Shown here: piece by piece, positions 18,561-30,255 of the stretch
How the letters are laid out: the number at the start of each line of letters is the position of its first letter
How positions within the stretch are numbered: position 1 is the first letter of the stretch
Source: Desulfatiglandales bacterium
Lineage (GTDB): Bacteria; Desulfobacterota; DSM-4660; Desulfatiglandales; Desulfatiglandaceae
Reading direction: 5' to 3'
Assembly (NCBI GenBank): GCA_963666345.1
Contig: OY762721.1
Span: forward strand, 1,440,001 to 1,504,000
Length of the DNA: 64,000 nt
Made by a program: the position numbers and the translations under genes
The notes under the pieces: generated by a model
Database searches by the model: none
Seen by the model: only the letters and a program-made list of their open reading frames with translations
Told to the model about the DNA's origin: nothing

Positions 18561-18697
18561 GGATTTGCTCCTTGAGGGTGCCTTTTTATTATCCAGCCAG
18601 TATTGTAAATTTTGCTCCATTACTTTATAAAGGTGACATAGATGATGGAAAAAGGCTTCTTATACATACACAAAAAAAGCACCAAGGAGTATTTGAG

Positions 18698-19180
18698 ATG
18701 CAGATTTTGATCCTTTATCACTCAAAGGGCGGCAATACGCGAAAGCTGGCTGAGGCCGTTGCAAAGGGAGTGGAAGAAACGGAGGGTGCAACCGCCCTCA
18801 TGCGTAAGACATCGGAGGTGAGCAAGGAGGACTTCTTGAATTCAGCAGGAATCATTGCGGGCTCCCCGGTCTATTTCGGGGGGATGGCGGCGGAACTGAA
18901 AAAGGTCTTCGATGATTTCGTGGGAACGAGAAAACGGATGGAAGACAAGGTGGGTGCGGCCTTTACCACATCGGGAAATGCGACCGGTGGAAAGGAAACC
19001 ACCATGATGTCCATCATACAGGCGCTCTTGATCTACGGAATGATCATAGTGGGTGATCCCATGAGCGCGACCGGTCACTACGGGGTGGCATGTGCCGGCA
19101 CTCCGGACGACGAAACGCTTAAAAACGGTATGGAGATGGGCAGGCGGGTGGCTCAACTGGCTCTGAAACTGGAGGGCTGA
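18698..19180 (+). CDS. Flavodoxin-fold WrbA-like NAD(P)H-dependent oxidoreductase
   Basis: YHSKGGNT, GSPVYFG, GGKET; start moved to MQILILY after GGAG. Confidence 0.85.
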   Translation: MQILILYHSKGGNTRKLAEAVAKGVEETEGATALMRKTSEVSKEDFLNSAGIIAGSPVYFGGMAAELKKVFDDFVGTRKRMEDKVGAAFTTSGNATGGKETTMMSIIQALLIYGMIIVGDPMSATGHYGVACAGTPDDETLKNGMEMGRRVAQLALKLEG

Positions 19181-19235
19181 AGGAGGATCAGCCTTGTATT
19201 CCAAGACCCGAATTACAATTTAATTGGACAGGTTC

Positions 19236-20870
19236 CTATTTTGTTGAAAATTCGACCGGTTCACGTCCGGGTGCGGAAATTCCACGTCGCTCAAGCAGCG
19301 ATCCATCCTGCAGATAAAGATCGATCAACGCATTGAGGTAGTTGGAAAGGGCCTCCACCTCAGCGATACGGCTGACCAACAGATCACGATGAGATTGAGC
19401 TACCAGGAAACTGGTTGATTTTCCCACTCGAAATTTTTCGGTTTCGATCCGCAGTTTTTCCTCATCAAACATCCGGGTGACCGATGAGGCTTCAATCTGC
19501 TGCCGGGAACGGTTTACCTCAATATAGGCGATGCGGACGTCGATTTCTACAAGCTGTGAAAGGTTATCCAGGGCATTTTGCGCCCGTTCCCGCGTCAGGA
19601 TTGCCCTGCGGTGAAGGGCTTTTGCTTCCCGATTAAAAAGGGGGTAATTAAATTTCATACCGGCCAGAGCGTCATAGCTGTCTTCATCGATATTATCAAC
19701 GGATTGACCAAAGGAATTTGCATACCCGCTTTTGCCAAGCGTGATGAAAAGATCCATTAAGGGCAGCAATCCATTCCTGGTTTTGATAAGCTCCAGATCG
19801 CCTCGCAATATCTCCAGCCGGGCCTCATTTAAAATCGGTCGCATGCGCTTCGATACCGCCACATGAGCCGTAACGTCTTCCAGTTTGATTTTCGGCAGGC
19901 TCGGTTGAAGGATTAAATCGACCTTCCGTTGCCAGATATCCGGCCCGGCTGGATTAATCAACCGCAACAGTTGAAGGCGAATAGATTCCTCGTTTGAACG
20001 TGCTTCTATGAGGGCCTGCTCCTGCGCCGCGACTTCAGCCTGGACAGCCGCCAGTTCAACCCTGGCCAATCGACCGACCGCTATCAGCTCTTTGGTTTCA
20101 TCAAGTTGCTGGCGGGCCACTTTCAGTGCCGCTTCCACAATTTCGATCTGACGCCGGGCAAGCGCATAGTTCCAGTAAGTTCGTTCCACCTCCGCCACCA
20201 GAGACTCGGTAAAACCGCGCAACTCATATTCCGACATGCGTGTATCCAGGCGTGCCTGCTGAAGCCGGGCCAGATTCACGTCTGCCCCATATCCTCTCAT
20301 AATCGCCTGAGAAACCGTCATTCCCAAGCGGGTCGAATAGAATCTGTTATCGTATAGAGAGGAATCGCTCATTTCGGTTCCGGCTTCCAGGGCAACCGTA
20401 GTGCCGGTCGGGAAGTATTGCTCCAACGATATGATGCCTTCAGCGGAATCAGTGGTAAAATCCTCAGTATCGGACCCCGATCTTGCGAGACGTTCCCCTT
20501 TCACCCTGCCGGCGGAGATATCCGTGTCCGTTACCGGATCAAAAAGAGCCCTTTCCTGGTCCTCAAAGGTTTGCCGGATCGAGGGATTCAATCTTTGAAC
20601 CACGAGAGCCCGGTTGTTTTCAAGGCAAAGCAAAACGGCCTCGGTGACGGTGAGCTTCAAAGGTCCAGGCGGCATCCTTAGCCCTGCAATTTCCTCTGGT
20701 TGAACTCTGGACTCAGAGGGCATGTGCACCGCCGTATCGGCACGCACACTCGGACCTCCTGTCGTCAGATCAATCCGTTCCCCGACCAGGTTGCAGGACC
20801 CCGACACCAGTAATAACCCCCACATGGCAAGGCATCCCGCCAGACGACCATAACATTTCGCTAAAGTCAT
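19236..20870 (-). CDS. TolC-family outer membrane efflux lipoprotein
   Basis: LVSGSC lipobox-like sequence, two OEP-type repeats, divergent from the RND pair. Confidence 0.85.
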   Translation of the reverse strand: MTLAKCYGRLAGCLAMWGLLLVSGSCNLVGERIDLTTGGPSVRADTAVHMPSESRVQPEEIAGLRMPPGPLKLTVTEAVLLCLENNRALVVQRLNPSIRQTFEDQERALFDPVTDTDISAGRVKGERLARSGSDTEDFTTDSAEGIISLEQYFPTGTTVALEAGTEMSDSSLYDNRFYSTRLGMTVSQAIMRGYGADVNLARLQQARLDTRMSEYELRGFTESLVAEVERTYWNYALARRQIEIVEAALKVARQQLDETKELIAVGRLARVELAAVQAEVAAQEQALIEARSNEESIRLQLLRLINPAGPDIWQRKVDLILQPSLPKIKLEDVTAHVAVSKRMRPILNEARLEILRGDLELIKTRNGLLPLMDLFITLGKSGYANSFGQSVDNIDEDSYDALAGMKFNYPLFNREAKALHRRAILTRERAQNALDNLSQLVEIDVRIAYIEVNRSRQQIEASSVTRMFDEEKLRIETEKFRVGKSTSFLVAQSHRDLLVSRIAEVEALSNYLNALIDLYLQDGSLLERRGISAPGREPVEFSTK

Positions 20871-21181
20871 ATCAGATCCTTACAGGTACCGCCACCCGAT
20901 GACGGCGGCTTTGGTCAAATTCACAGGTTTTCAAAAGCGTCTGTTGAACTATATAGGTTTTCGCTTCTTTATGACAACCTAAAATCTCTTAGGATATTCC
21001 AAACGGCTTTCTGCGTTCCATACATTGAAAACCCTAGCCGGCACGCCGTACCGATCCTTTCAGCAGCCATTTTTTCGTTGAAATATCAGCAATAAGAGTG
21101 CAATCTTCATTATGTCAGCTTAACCAGACACATCTTTTTGGGAAATGCCCGTTAATATAGCAATGGAAAAGGTACGTTATC

Positions 21182-22393
21182 ATGAAATCAGGCGGTCCTA
21201 AACTTTTTATTTTGACGGTTCTTCTGATTGGTTCTGCAGCATTAGGCTGGGCGATTTTTGATCAAATTAAGGAAAAGGCCGGTTTGAGCAAAAGTACTAA
21301 GGCTTCCCGCCCGGTGCCGGTAGAAGTGGCTCGGATTCAGCGCGGGCCGATCGAATTACGGCGGACATTCAGCGGGGAGATCGAGGCCCTTGCCAAGTTT
21401 GTTGTTGCACCTAAAGTGAGCGGCCGCGTGGAACGAGTGCTCGTAACTCTTGCTGATACGGTTAAGCGGGGCCAGGTTGTTGCCGAGTTGGACAATGATG
21501 AATATGTTCAGGCCGTAGCCCAAGCCCAAGCCGATCTGGTAGTTGCCAGAGCCAACCTGTCCCAGGCCAAGAGCGCCCTGGAAATTGCCGGCCGCGAGTT
21601 TAAACGCACCGAGTCACTTTTAAAGCGCGGGATTGCATCAGATTCCGAATTCGACGCCGCCAGCCAGGATCAACTGGCAAAGCTGGCTCAACTTAAAGTA
21701 ACTGCAGCCCATGTAACAAAGGCGGAATCATCGCTCGAAACCGCTAACATCCGGCTAGGCTATACAAAGGTAACAGCGGGCTGGACCGGTGGCGGCGATC
21801 ATCGCATCGTGGCTGAACGATATGTTGATGAAGGCCAGACTGTAGCAGCCAACGCGCCGCTGCTCTTAATCGTTGAACTGAATCCCATAGTAGGGGTGGT
21901 TTTCGTCACTGAGAGAGACTATGCTTACCTGAAACCTGGACAGATCGTTTTCTTAACCACGGACGCCTATCAGGGCAAACAGTATAGGGGCCGCATCGAT
22001 CGCATTGCCCCAGTCTTCCAAAAGTCCACCCGGCAGGCACGGATCGAAATGACTATTGACAATCCACTGCACGAACTTAAACCAGGCATGTTCATAAGAG
22101 TCACAGTGGTGCTAGCACAGGTGCCCGGGGCCGACATCGTCCCGGAACAGGCATTAACTATACGAGATGACAAAACTGGTGTTTTCATAGTCAGTGAGAA
22201 CGGACGATCCGTAGTCTGGCGTGAAGTAAAGGTAGGTATCCGCGAAGGTAACAAGATTCAGGTGGAAGGCGCGGGACAGTCCGGCCGGGTGGTAACCCTT
22301 GGGCAGCAACTGGTAAAAGACGGCTCCCCGATCACGATTTCTGCCGAGAAAAACAAGGCCCCTACAGCTAATGAAAAGGCTGATCAAAAATGA
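21182..22393 (+). CDS. RND efflux membrane fusion protein
   Basis: PKVSGRV, VKRGQ..AELD, LKPGMF, VPEQAL. Confidence 0.9.
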   Translation: MKSGGPKLFILTVLLIGSAALGWAIFDQIKEKAGLSKSTKASRPVPVEVARIQRGPIELRRTFSGEIEALAKFVVAPKVSGRVERVLVTLADTVKRGQVVAELDNDEYVQAVAQAQADLVVARANLSQAKSALEIAGREFKRTESLLKRGIASDSEFDAASQDQLAKLAQLKVTAAHVTKAESSLETANIRLGYTKVTAGWTGGGDHRIVAERYVDEGQTVAANAPLLLIVELNPIVGVVFVTERDYAYLKPGQIVFLTTDAYQGKQYRGRIDRIAPVFQKSTRQARIEMTIDNPLHELKPGMFIRVTVVLAQVPGADIVPEQALTIRDDKTGVFIVSENGRSVVWREVKVGIREGNKIQVEGAGQSGRVVTLGQQLVKDGSPITISAEKNKAPTANEKADQK

Positions 22394-25300
22394 ATCTACC
22401 TAGTTTCAGCGTCAGGCGCCCCATTTTCACGACCATGGTGACACTGATTCTGGTCCTGCTCGGGGCCGTTTCGCTGAGCAAGCTGCAGATCGACATGCTT
22501 CCCAACATCGAATTGCCCACGTTGACTATTCGAACGGATTACGAGGGAGCCAGCCCCGAGGTCATGGAACGGCTGGTGACTCAGATTATTGAAGAGATCG
22601 TTGCTACGGTTCCCGGGGTGGAGGAAATCACATCGACATCTTCAGAAGGACGCAGCACGGTTCGAGTCAGTTTCGTATGGGGCACGGAAATCGACACCGC
22701 AGCCATTGATGTTCAGAGCAAACTCGAAGATGAGATCAATGAGTTGCCGGATGACATTGTCAGACCTCGCATCCGAAAATTCGACATCGCCAGCTTTCCG
22801 ATAGTTTTGCTGGGAATTTCAAGCAACCTGGACCCAGTGGAACTCACGGAACTAATTGAAGTCCAGATCCGCTACCGATTTGCCCGCATACCGGGTGTCG
22901 CGCAGGTTGACGTTTTTGGGGGCTTCAACCGCGAGGTTCGGATCGAACTGGACCCCGACCGGATCAGGGCCGTGGGTCTGCCTCTTGACCGTGTGATTGA
23001 GGCTATTTGCGATGCCAACCTCGATCTCCCGGCAGGCAAGATCGAACAGGGAAGTTATGAGGTAACGCTGAGAGCGCCGGCCGAGTTTGTCAATCTGGAT
23101 CAGATTCGAGACACTGTTATCGTCCAGCGCGAAGGTGCCGCCATAACCCTTGGGCAAATCGCCGAGGTCAAGGACACTTATGAAAAGTTGACCCGTATCA
23201 TAAGGGTTAACGGCGGGCGAGGGCTGCGCATAGGTATCCGCAAACAGGCCAATGCCAATACTGTAGAAGTTTCCAGACGCATCCTGGCTGAAATTAAAGA
23301 GGCCAACAAAGACTTCCCTCAGATCAATATTATCCCGGTCATCAACCAGGGCAATTTCATCCAGCGCTCAATCACCAACGTTGCCCGCTCAGTGCTATAC
23401 GGGGGCGGGCTGGCGATTCTGGTTCTGCTGTTTTTCCTGCGCAACATCCAAAGCACAGTGGTGATTTCCCTTTCGATTCCGATTTCAATCGTGACCACTT
23501 TCGCGTTAATATACTTCGGGGGTTTCACGCTCAATCTGATGACCCTGGGAGGATTGGCCCTGGGGGTGGGCATGATGGTGGACAGCTCCATAGTCGTACT
23601 GGAAAATATCTTCCGCCGCCGCACTGAGAAAGGCGAAAGGCCGAAGGAGGCATCTGTGAAAGGTGCCAGGGAGGTCGGAACGGCTATAACCGCCAGCACG
23701 ATAACCACTTTGGTAATTTTTCTGCCGTTGATTTTCGTCCGCGGGGTCTCCGGCATCCTCTTTAAGGAGCTGGCGTACGTAATCATCTTTGCGCTGATCT
23801 GTTCGCTGACAGTGGCGCTCAGCCTGGTGCCCATGCTGACGTCCAGGCTCCTTAGGTCAAACAGACAGACGCTCAAGGGGTCTGTCTCTAAAACAAACCG
23901 CTTGTACGCTGCCGCCGGTTCCCTCTTTTCTGGTCTTGAAAAGGCTTATCTGGATTTGTTGCGCCGGGTCTTGGACCATCGCCTTATCACCGCTCTTGCG
24001 GCGGCTGTCGTGCTCGGCACGAGTCTGCTGCTTTTGCCCCTTATCGGCAGCGAATTTCTGCCTCCCAGTGATGAAGGTGAGGTTAGGGTAACGGGAAAGA
24101 TGGAAATCGGCACCCGGCTCGATCTGGTCGATCAGCAGACGCGTATAATGGAGCGAATCATTAAACCGGCAGTTCCAGAGATGGTTGCCGAGGTGGTCAG
24201 TGTTGGTGCCTACGGCTGGCGGGTCGAAGCGGGCTCAGAGGGTGAAATACGCATGTCCCTGCTGCCGGCTGCCCAACGCGAACGCTCCAATGTTGAAATC
24301 GCCCGGGATCTGCGGCGCCTTTTAGAGGGAGCTGTTCCCGGCATGGAGATCCGTGTGCGTGCGCCTCAGGGTCAGTTTTTACTGGAACGACTCCTTGGCG
24401 GTGACGAGGGGCTCACCATCGAAATTCGCGGCCACGATCTTGAAACACTCGACGCTCTGGCCGCACGCGTTTTCAAGTTGATTGCCAATGTACCGGGCAT
24501 CACTGACGTCGACACCAGTCTCGAGGCCGGCATACCCCAGCAGGAAATCCGCGTGAACCGTGAAAAAGTGGCTGATCTGGGTCTGAGCATTCGCAACGTT
24601 ACTGAACTTCTGCAGACTGCGATGGCCGGTTCCAAAGCCGGTGAATACCGAAAGGAAGGCAATTCCTATCGCATTCTGGTGCAGCTCAAAGATGCCGAGA
24701 AACGCTCCCTTGACGAGATTCTCGACCTTACACTGACAACGGAATCCGGGGAAAAGGTAGCATTGCGCAATGTTGTCACATCCGAATCGAGCAGGGGTCC
24801 TATTGTGATAGACCGCAAGGACCAGCAGCGAAGGACGACGGTTAGCGCAAATGTCGCCGGCCGCGATCTGGGTTCCGTGGCCCTTGATGTGCAAGCCCTG
24901 CTGGATCAAATTCCACGACCGGTCGGCTATGACCTGACGGTCGCAGGCAATTTCGAAGAACAGCAAAAGGCCTTCAGGGAACTTATCATCTCTCTTGTAC
25001 TGGCCTTGGTCCTCGTATATATGGTCCTGGCATGTCAATATGAATCCCTACGGGATCCTCTGGTCGTCATGTTTTCGGTTCCCTTGGCGGCGGTAGGCGT
25101 GCTGGTTACCTTGTTTATTACAAAGACAACGCTTAACGTGCAGTCCTACATCGGCTGCATTATGCTTGGGGGAATCGTGGTAAACAATGCAATTCTCCTG
25201 GTGGATCAGGCCGGTCGATTGGTTCAAGATGGGATGCGGACTCGCGATGCACTGATCGAGGCCGGTCGTCGCAGATTGCGGCCGATCCTTATGACAACCC

Positions 25301-25479
25301 TGACCACCATTCTTGGCCTGCTGCCGCTCGCACTCGGTATCGGCGAAGGATCCGACGCCCAGGCCCCGCTGGCGAGGGCGGTCGTAGGTGGCCTAACCGG
25401 ATCAACACTGATCACGCTGGTACTTATCCCGGCGGTCTATTCATTGTTTCATCCCGAGCCGAAGGGTAACCGCAAGTGA
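22390..25479 (+). CDS. RND efflux permease (AcrB/AcrD/AcrF family)
   Basis: 1029 aa; [32 protein letters not shown]. Confidence 0.95.
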   Translation: MNLPSFSVRRPIFTTMVTLILVLLGAVSLSKLQIDMLPNIELPTLTIRTDYEGASPEVMERLVTQIIEEIVATVPGVEEITSTSSEGRSTVRVSFVWGTEIDTAAIDVQSKLEDEINELPDDIVRPRIRKFDIASFPIVLLGISSNLDPVELTELIEVQIRYRFARIPGVAQVDVFGGFNREVRIELDPDRIRAVGLPLDRVIEAICDANLDLPAGKIEQGSYEVTLRAPAEFVNLDQIRDTVIVQREGAAITLGQIAEVKDTYEKLTRIIRVNGGRGLRIGIRKQANANTVEVSRRILAEIKEANKDFPQINIIPVINQGNFIQRSITNVARSVLYGGGLAILVLLFFLRNIQSTVVISLSIPISIVTTFALIYFGGFTLNLMTLGGLALGVGMMVDSSIVVLENIFRRRTEKGERPKEASVKGAREVGTAITASTITTLVIFLPLIFVRGVSGILFKELAYVIIFALICSLTVALSLVPMLTSRLLRSNRQTLKGSVSKTNRLYAAAGSLFSGLEKAYLDLLRRVLDHRLITALAAAVVLGTSLLLLPLIGSEFLPPSDEGEVRVTGKMEIGTRLDLVDQQTRIMERIIKPAVPEMVAEVVSVGAYGWRVEAGSEGEIRMSLLPAAQRERSNVEIARDLRRLLEGAVPGMEIRVRAPQGQFLLERLLGGDEGLTIEIRGHDLETLDALAARVFKLIANVPGITDVDTSLEAGIPQQEIRVNREKVADLGLSIRNVTELLQTAMAGSKAGEYRKEGNSYRILVQLKDAEKRSLDEILDLTLTTESGEKVALRNVVTSESSRGPIVIDRKDQQRRTTVSANVAGRDLGSVALDVQALLDQIPRPVGYDLTVAGNFEEQQKAFRELIISLVLALVLVYMVLACQYESLRDPLVVMFSVPLAAVGVLVTLFITKTTLNVQSYIGCIMLGGIVVNNAILLVDQAGRLVQDGMRTRDALIEAGRRRLRPILMTTLTTILGLLPLALGIGEGSDAQAPLARAVVGGLTGSTLITLVLIPAVYSLFHPEPKGNRK

Positions 25480-25502
25480 CCCGCGCCCCTGTTAATCAGC
25501 TT

Positions 25503-25848
25503 GGTTCTTCTCCCAATTAATTGGGAGAAAGTGGCCAAGGATTCTAGGGTTCTAGGATTCAAGTGTTTGTTTTTTTTAATCGTTTTATCTGTAAGTAAAA
25601 GATATTTAAGTACAAGAACTAATTATCTTTTTTACCTCAAGCACACGACTCTTAGATAAAAAAAGCTCAAAAGATGGCATTATTTACTTTAACGGCCTTA
25701 TATTCCATCTATGGGCGATATAGAGTCTTGACATAATATAATATTGGGCTACGTTCATATTATCGTAATTATTAAGTCTTTCACTCGATCCCTTGACCCT
25801 TGGAATCCTTGAATCCTGATCATCGACCAACTAATTTGGAGATGATCC
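25503..25848. mobile_element. Inverted-repeat-bounded four-helix-bundle cassette, copy 2 (heavily decayed, internally deleted)
   Basis: Same termini as copy 1 (GGTTCTTCTCCCAATT / ACCAACTAATTTGGAGATGATCC); inverted 8-nt-period arrays; minus-strand relics LYIAH and NKHLNP. Confidence 0.65.
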
Positions 25849-26072
25849 ATCAGCTTCAATATAACTCCAAATCAATTGACGGTCTCGTAAAAGGTTCTCT
25901 TGCCAAGGCGGGACAGATGGACTTTTAACAAAGCCTCCAAAATTACAGGATGAATAACTCCCATTTTGCTTGCCATACGGATGACTTCATCATAGGCTTC
26001 ATTATTTTATCATACCCTGTGCGGCCCGGCATATCGTGTGGGCGTAAAGATTGAAAACAGGGCAGGTCGGGA

Positions 26073-27239
26073 ATGAACCAGGTAAAATCAAATCCGATGT
26101 ACCGCTTTCTGGCGGTCTTCACCATAAGCTCCACAATAGGGCTCCAGGCGTGGCTGATCCTCTTCAATAACTTCGCGGTTGAGGTCGCCGGAATGGACGG
26201 CGACCAGGTGGGCATAATTCAGTCGGTAAGAGAAATCCCGGGATTTCTGACCCTCCTTGCCATATTCGTTATGCTCTATCTGAAAGAGCACAGGCTCTCG
26301 GCCATATCAATAATCTTTCTTGGAGCGGGGCTGGGCATCACCGGTTTCTTTCCCACCTACCCGGGTCTGCTTGTGACAACGGTCATAATGAGTTTCGGGT
26401 TCCACTATTTTGAGACCACGAATCAGTCGCTTACACTTCAGTACTTTCCTGAAAAGATATCGCCATGGGTATTCGGGAAGCTGAGGGCACTGGCAGCCGC
26501 TTCAAGCATAGGGATCGGGATCGCAGTCTATTTTCTCACCTCACTTTTCGATTACACCGGCATCTATCTTGTAATCGGGGCGGCTATTGCCGCCGCCGGT
26601 ATATGGGGGCTGTTTCAGGACCCGAGCGACCGCAATCTCATCCCCCAGCACAGGAAGATGATCTTCAAAAGAAAATACTGGCTTTTCTATTTTCTTACCT
26701 TTATGGCAGGCGCGCGCCGGCAGATATTCATGGCCTTCGCGGTATTTCTACTTGTAAAGAAATTCGATTTCACCATACAGGAGGTGACCCTGCTTTTTGT
26801 TATAAACAACCTGATAAATTTTTTCCTCAGCCCTTTACTTGGAAAGGCCATAATTAGATTCGGAGAAAGGAAGGTGCTGTCACTCGAATACCTGAGTCTC
26901 ATATTCATATTCGTCGCCTATGCCACGGTGCATTCAAGGATCATCCTTGCGATACTGTATGTGCTGGACCATATCTTCTTCAATTTTGCGATCGCCATAA
27001 GAACCTATTTTCAAAAGGTGGGCGATCCCAGGGACATCGCACCGAGCATGGCGGTCGGCTTTACCATCAATCATATAGCGGCCGTTATTCTACCTGCCAT
27101 AGGCGGTCTCCTGTGGCTGATAGACTACAGGATACCCTTTTTTGCAGGCGCGGTTTTGAGCGTGATCTCTCTGCTGGCGGTTCAGAGGATCAATACCTCG
27201 AAAAACGGCAGACCGATGGAGACCCCCTCTGAATCTTGA
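26073..27239 (+). CDS. MFS transporter
   Basis: About 12 hydrophobic segments; SVREIPG and RFGERKVL loops. Confidence 0.85.
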   Translation: MNQVKSNPMYRFLAVFTISSTIGLQAWLILFNNFAVEVAGMDGDQVGIIQSVREIPGFLTLLAIFVMLYLKEHRLSAISIIFLGAGLGITGFFPTYPGLLVTTVIMSFGFHYFETTNQSLTLQYFPEKISPWVFGKLRALAAASSIGIGIAVYFLTSLFDYTGIYLVIGAAIAAAGIWGLFQDPSDRNLIPQHRKMIFKRKYWLFYFLTFMAGARRQIFMAFAVFLLVKKFDFTIQEVTLLFVINNLINFFLSPLLGKAIIRFGERKVLSLEYLSLIFIFVAYATVHSRIILAILYVLDHIFFNFAIAIRTYFQKVGDPRDIAPSMAVGFTINHIAAVILPAIGGLLWLIDYRIPFFAGAVLSVISLLAVQRINTSKNGRPMETPSES

Positions 27240-27337
27240 TAAACATGCATCCTTATATCGATTTACAGGTTTCGCAACCACAACTACCCGCTTTCTTATA
27301 TTAAAGGCACAGACAAATAAAGGAGAACCATTTATTC

Positions 27338-28192
27338 ATGAAGACGTATCTGGACTGTATCCCATGCTTTTTGAGACAGGCCCTGTTTGCTTCGAGGGTT
27401 GCCACGAATGATGAACTCAAGATAAAAGAGGTGTTGGACAGGGTGGGCATGCTCATAAAGGGCATACCCATGACAAGCACTCCCCCGGAAACGGGAAGGC
27501 ATGTATATGCCGCTGTAAGGGAGATCACGGGCGTTGAAGATCCCTTCCATGATTTAAAGCAGAAAAGCACTAAAAAGGCGCTTGAGCTCTATCCCGCTTT
27601 AAAAGAAATCACGGCCCGCGCGCAGGATACCCTGGACACCGCGGTAAGGCTCGCCATTGCGGGCAATATCATCGATTTCGGCGCAAATCCCGATTTTGAT
27701 ATTGAAAAGACAATCCGACAGGTCCTTCAACAGAAACCTGGCGTCTATCACATAAAAGAGCTCAAGGAAAGGATGGCCGAGGCGGATGAAATAGTCTTTC
27801 TGGGAGACAATGCCGGGGAGACGGTATTTGACAGGGTGCTCATAGAAACCATGCATAAGAGGGTAACCTACGCGGTAAGGGCCAGGCCGATAATCAACGA
27901 CGCCACCATGGCTGATGCCGAACAAAGCGGTATCAAAGAAACGGCCAAAGTGGTATCATCCGGATGTGACGCCCCGGGCACGATCCTTGGACGCTGTTCA
28001 GAGGAATTCAAGGCCCTTTTCAGGAAGGCTGATCTGATAATCAGCAAGGGACAGGGTAATTTCGAGACCCTGTCTCAGGAAAAAGGCCCTATATTTTATC
28101 TTTTGAAGGTCAAATGCCCGGTGATTGCAAGGCATCTGGAAGTATCGGAAGGCGATATCATCGTCAAGGGTCCCTCGAATCAAAAATCATGA
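27338..28192 (+). CDS. DUF89/ARMT1-like damage-control phosphatase
   Basis: DCIPC, GNIIDFG, DNAGE, IINDAT, KGQGNFETL. Confidence 0.9.
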   Translation: MKTYLDCIPCFLRQALFASRVATNDELKIKEVLDRVGMLIKGIPMTSTPPETGRHVYAAVREITGVEDPFHDLKQKSTKKALELYPALKEITARAQDTLDTAVRLAIAGNIIDFGANPDFDIEKTIRQVLQQKPGVYHIKELKERMAEADEIVFLGDNAGETVFDRVLIETMHKRVTYAVRARPIINDATMADAEQSGIKETAKVVSSGCDAPGTILGRCSEEFKALFRKADLIISKGQGNFETLSQEKGPIFYLLKVKCPVIARHLEVSEGDIIVKGPSNQKS

Positions 28193-28312
28193 GTCAAAGG
28201 CCTGAACTACGCACCTGCTTATGCTCCGAAGCGGGACCTTCACCGCAAAAAACGGTGCGGCCTGGCTGAAGAGGCTGCAGGGCACAGGATAAAAGAAAGG
28301 AGCGCTCAAAAA

Positions 28313-28669
28313 ATGAAATTTTTTTCGAAAACAGCCTTAACGCTTTTGATATCTTCTTTTCTTGTCACCCTGTCCGCCGATAAATCGGCTGCTCAACCGC
28401 TCGGGCTCATGTCACAGAAACCTCAACCGGAACCTGAGATCTGCGTGCTGTCGACTTCCGGCGGCAGATACGTCTTCGGTCAGGTCTCTGATTCAGGCAA
28501 TGACAAGTTCATGCTGGACACCCGCACCGGCAGGCTCTGGAAAATATCGGAAAAGGGAACCGTGGGCCAATACCTGAAAGAGATACCGTATCTTATTAAA
28601 AAGGGGAAATATTCTCCCCTGCCGGATAAAATCCCTGATACCGGATCTGACAAGAGGAAAGACCAGTAG
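28313..28669 (+). CDS. Hypothetical exported protein
   Basis: AAGGAG RBS, signal peptide, MLDTRTGRLW motif. Confidence 0.65.
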   Translation: MKFFSKTALTLLISSFLVTLSADKSAAQPLGLMSQKPQPEPEICVLSTSGGRYVFGQVSDSGNDKFMLDTRTGRLWKISEKGTVGQYLKEIPYLIKKGKYSPLPDKIPDTGSDKRKDQ

Positions 28670-28918
28670 GCATCAGGCGCTCCGTTTTAAAGGGGTAAAT
28701 TATATGTCTGGATGTCCGAAAAGGTCTTTAATACCTTTTTGATCCCTATTTCGGCCTAATTCCATTTCAAATGTGCCTAAGGACTTGAAGTTTTTTCATC
28801 CAGGTGCGATAAGGAAAAAATTGTTTTGCCTCATACTGAATGGTATTCAACCGAAAGGGAATGATTTTTTCTGATTTATTTTGACCCGGTAAATCGTTTA
28901 TCCGAAAGGGAATGGAAA

Positions 28919-30238
28919 ATGAAGAAGGTGCTTGTTGTAGATAATGACCGCCTTTTACTTGAATTCATGAAGGATGTCCTTTCCGAAAAAGGGATGGAGG
29001 TTCTTACCGCTGAAGACGGTCTTATGGCCCTTGATATCCTCAGGACATTCAGGCCCGATTTCATCTTTGTCGATCTCATCATGCCCAATATCGACGGAAG
29101 AAAACTGTGCAGACTGATACGGGCTATGGATGAAATAGACAGCCACCTGATAGTCCTTTCGGCCGTTGTTTCTGAAGATGAAGACGGCATTACCGGTCTT
29201 GATGCGGATGCGTGCATTGCCAAAGGCCCTTTCGATTTTATGGCCGGACAAGTCATGTCGATCATAAACGATCCTGAAATTATCGATTACAAAACAAATG
29301 CCTGCAAATTATTCAACTCAGATAACATTCATCCCAGAGAGATCACAAAGGAACTTCTTTTTATAAAAAGGCATTTTGAGATTGTGCTGGAAAATATGTC
29401 GGACGGGATCATTGAGATCAATGAAAACAGGAGGGTCATATACGCGAACAATGTGGCCGTCTCTCTTTTCGGCCTGCCTGAGGTAAGGCTCTTGGGTGCT
29501 GAATTCTCCCGGCTTTTCTCCGGAGATGACAGGGATCGCGCGGTAAGATTTCTGGACAAGGCAAAAAGTCATCCGGTTTCCCTGTCAGACGATGAGACCA
29601 TGAAGTTGAACGGTTTTCTCGTTTTGCTGGATATAATACCTGTCAAAAACAACGGCCCGAATTCAATAATAATAGTCAGGGACGTCACCAAACGGAAAAC
29701 CGCTGAAAAGGCCCTCAGGGAAAACGAGCAAAAATACCGGATTATGAGCATAACCGATGGACTTACCGGTCTTCATAATTCCAGGTATTTTTCCCACCAG
29801 CTGAAGGCTGAAGTGGACAGGGCGGCAAGGTACGGGCATCCCCTTTCCCTTCTGCTGATGGACCTGGATGACTTCAAAAGCTATAATGACAGATATGGTC
29901 ATGTTAAGGGTGATGACGCGCTCACCAGGGTGGCGCAGATAACCAGGGAATCCCTGAGGCACTCCGACTCCGCTTACAGATACGGAGGGGAGGAATTCAC
30001 GGTGATCCTTCCCGAGACAGGTGTCAAGGATGCCGCCCTTGTGGCGGAAAGGATCAGAAAAGGCATTGAATCAGAGGAGTTTGATATCAAAGAGGGTGAA
30101 AAGGCAACCCTTACGGCCAGCGTAGGGGTGGGCCAGTACAGGCGGAAAGAAAACTTCATGGATCTCCTCAAAAGGATTGACAAACACATGTATGAGGCCA
30201 AAAGACAGGGCAAAAACATGGTTTATTTTGAACAGTAA
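28919..30238 (+). CDS. REC-PAS-GGDEF diguanylate cyclase
   Basis: Receiver domain (VVDND, DLIMP), PAS, DGLTGLHN, RHSD I-site, GGEEF. Confidence 0.92.
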   Translation: MKKVLVVDNDRLLLEFMKDVLSEKGMEVLTAEDGLMALDILRTFRPDFIFVDLIMPNIDGRKLCRLIRAMDEIDSHLIVLSAVVSEDEDGITGLDADACIAKGPFDFMAGQVMSIINDPEIIDYKTNACKLFNSDNIHPREITKELLFIKRHFEIVLENMSDGIIEINENRRVIYANNVAVSLFGLPEVRLLGAEFSRLFSGDDRDRAVRFLDKAKSHPVSLSDDETMKLNGFLVLLDIIPVKNNGPNSIIIVRDVTKRKTAEKALRENEQKYRIMSITDGLTGLHNSRYFSHQLKAEVDRAARYGHPLSLLLMDLDDFKSYNDRYGHVKGDDALTRVAQITRESLRHSDSAYRYGGEEFTVILPETGVKDAALVAERIRKGIESEEFDIKEGEKATLTASVGVGQYRRKENFMDLLKRIDKHMYEAKRQGKNMVYFEQ

Positions 30239-30255
30239 GTCTGCCTTTCCATGGT

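Noticed and set aside
25533..25816. CRISPR array
   Set aside because: The units are 8-nt tandem repeats without spacers; no cas genes in the window
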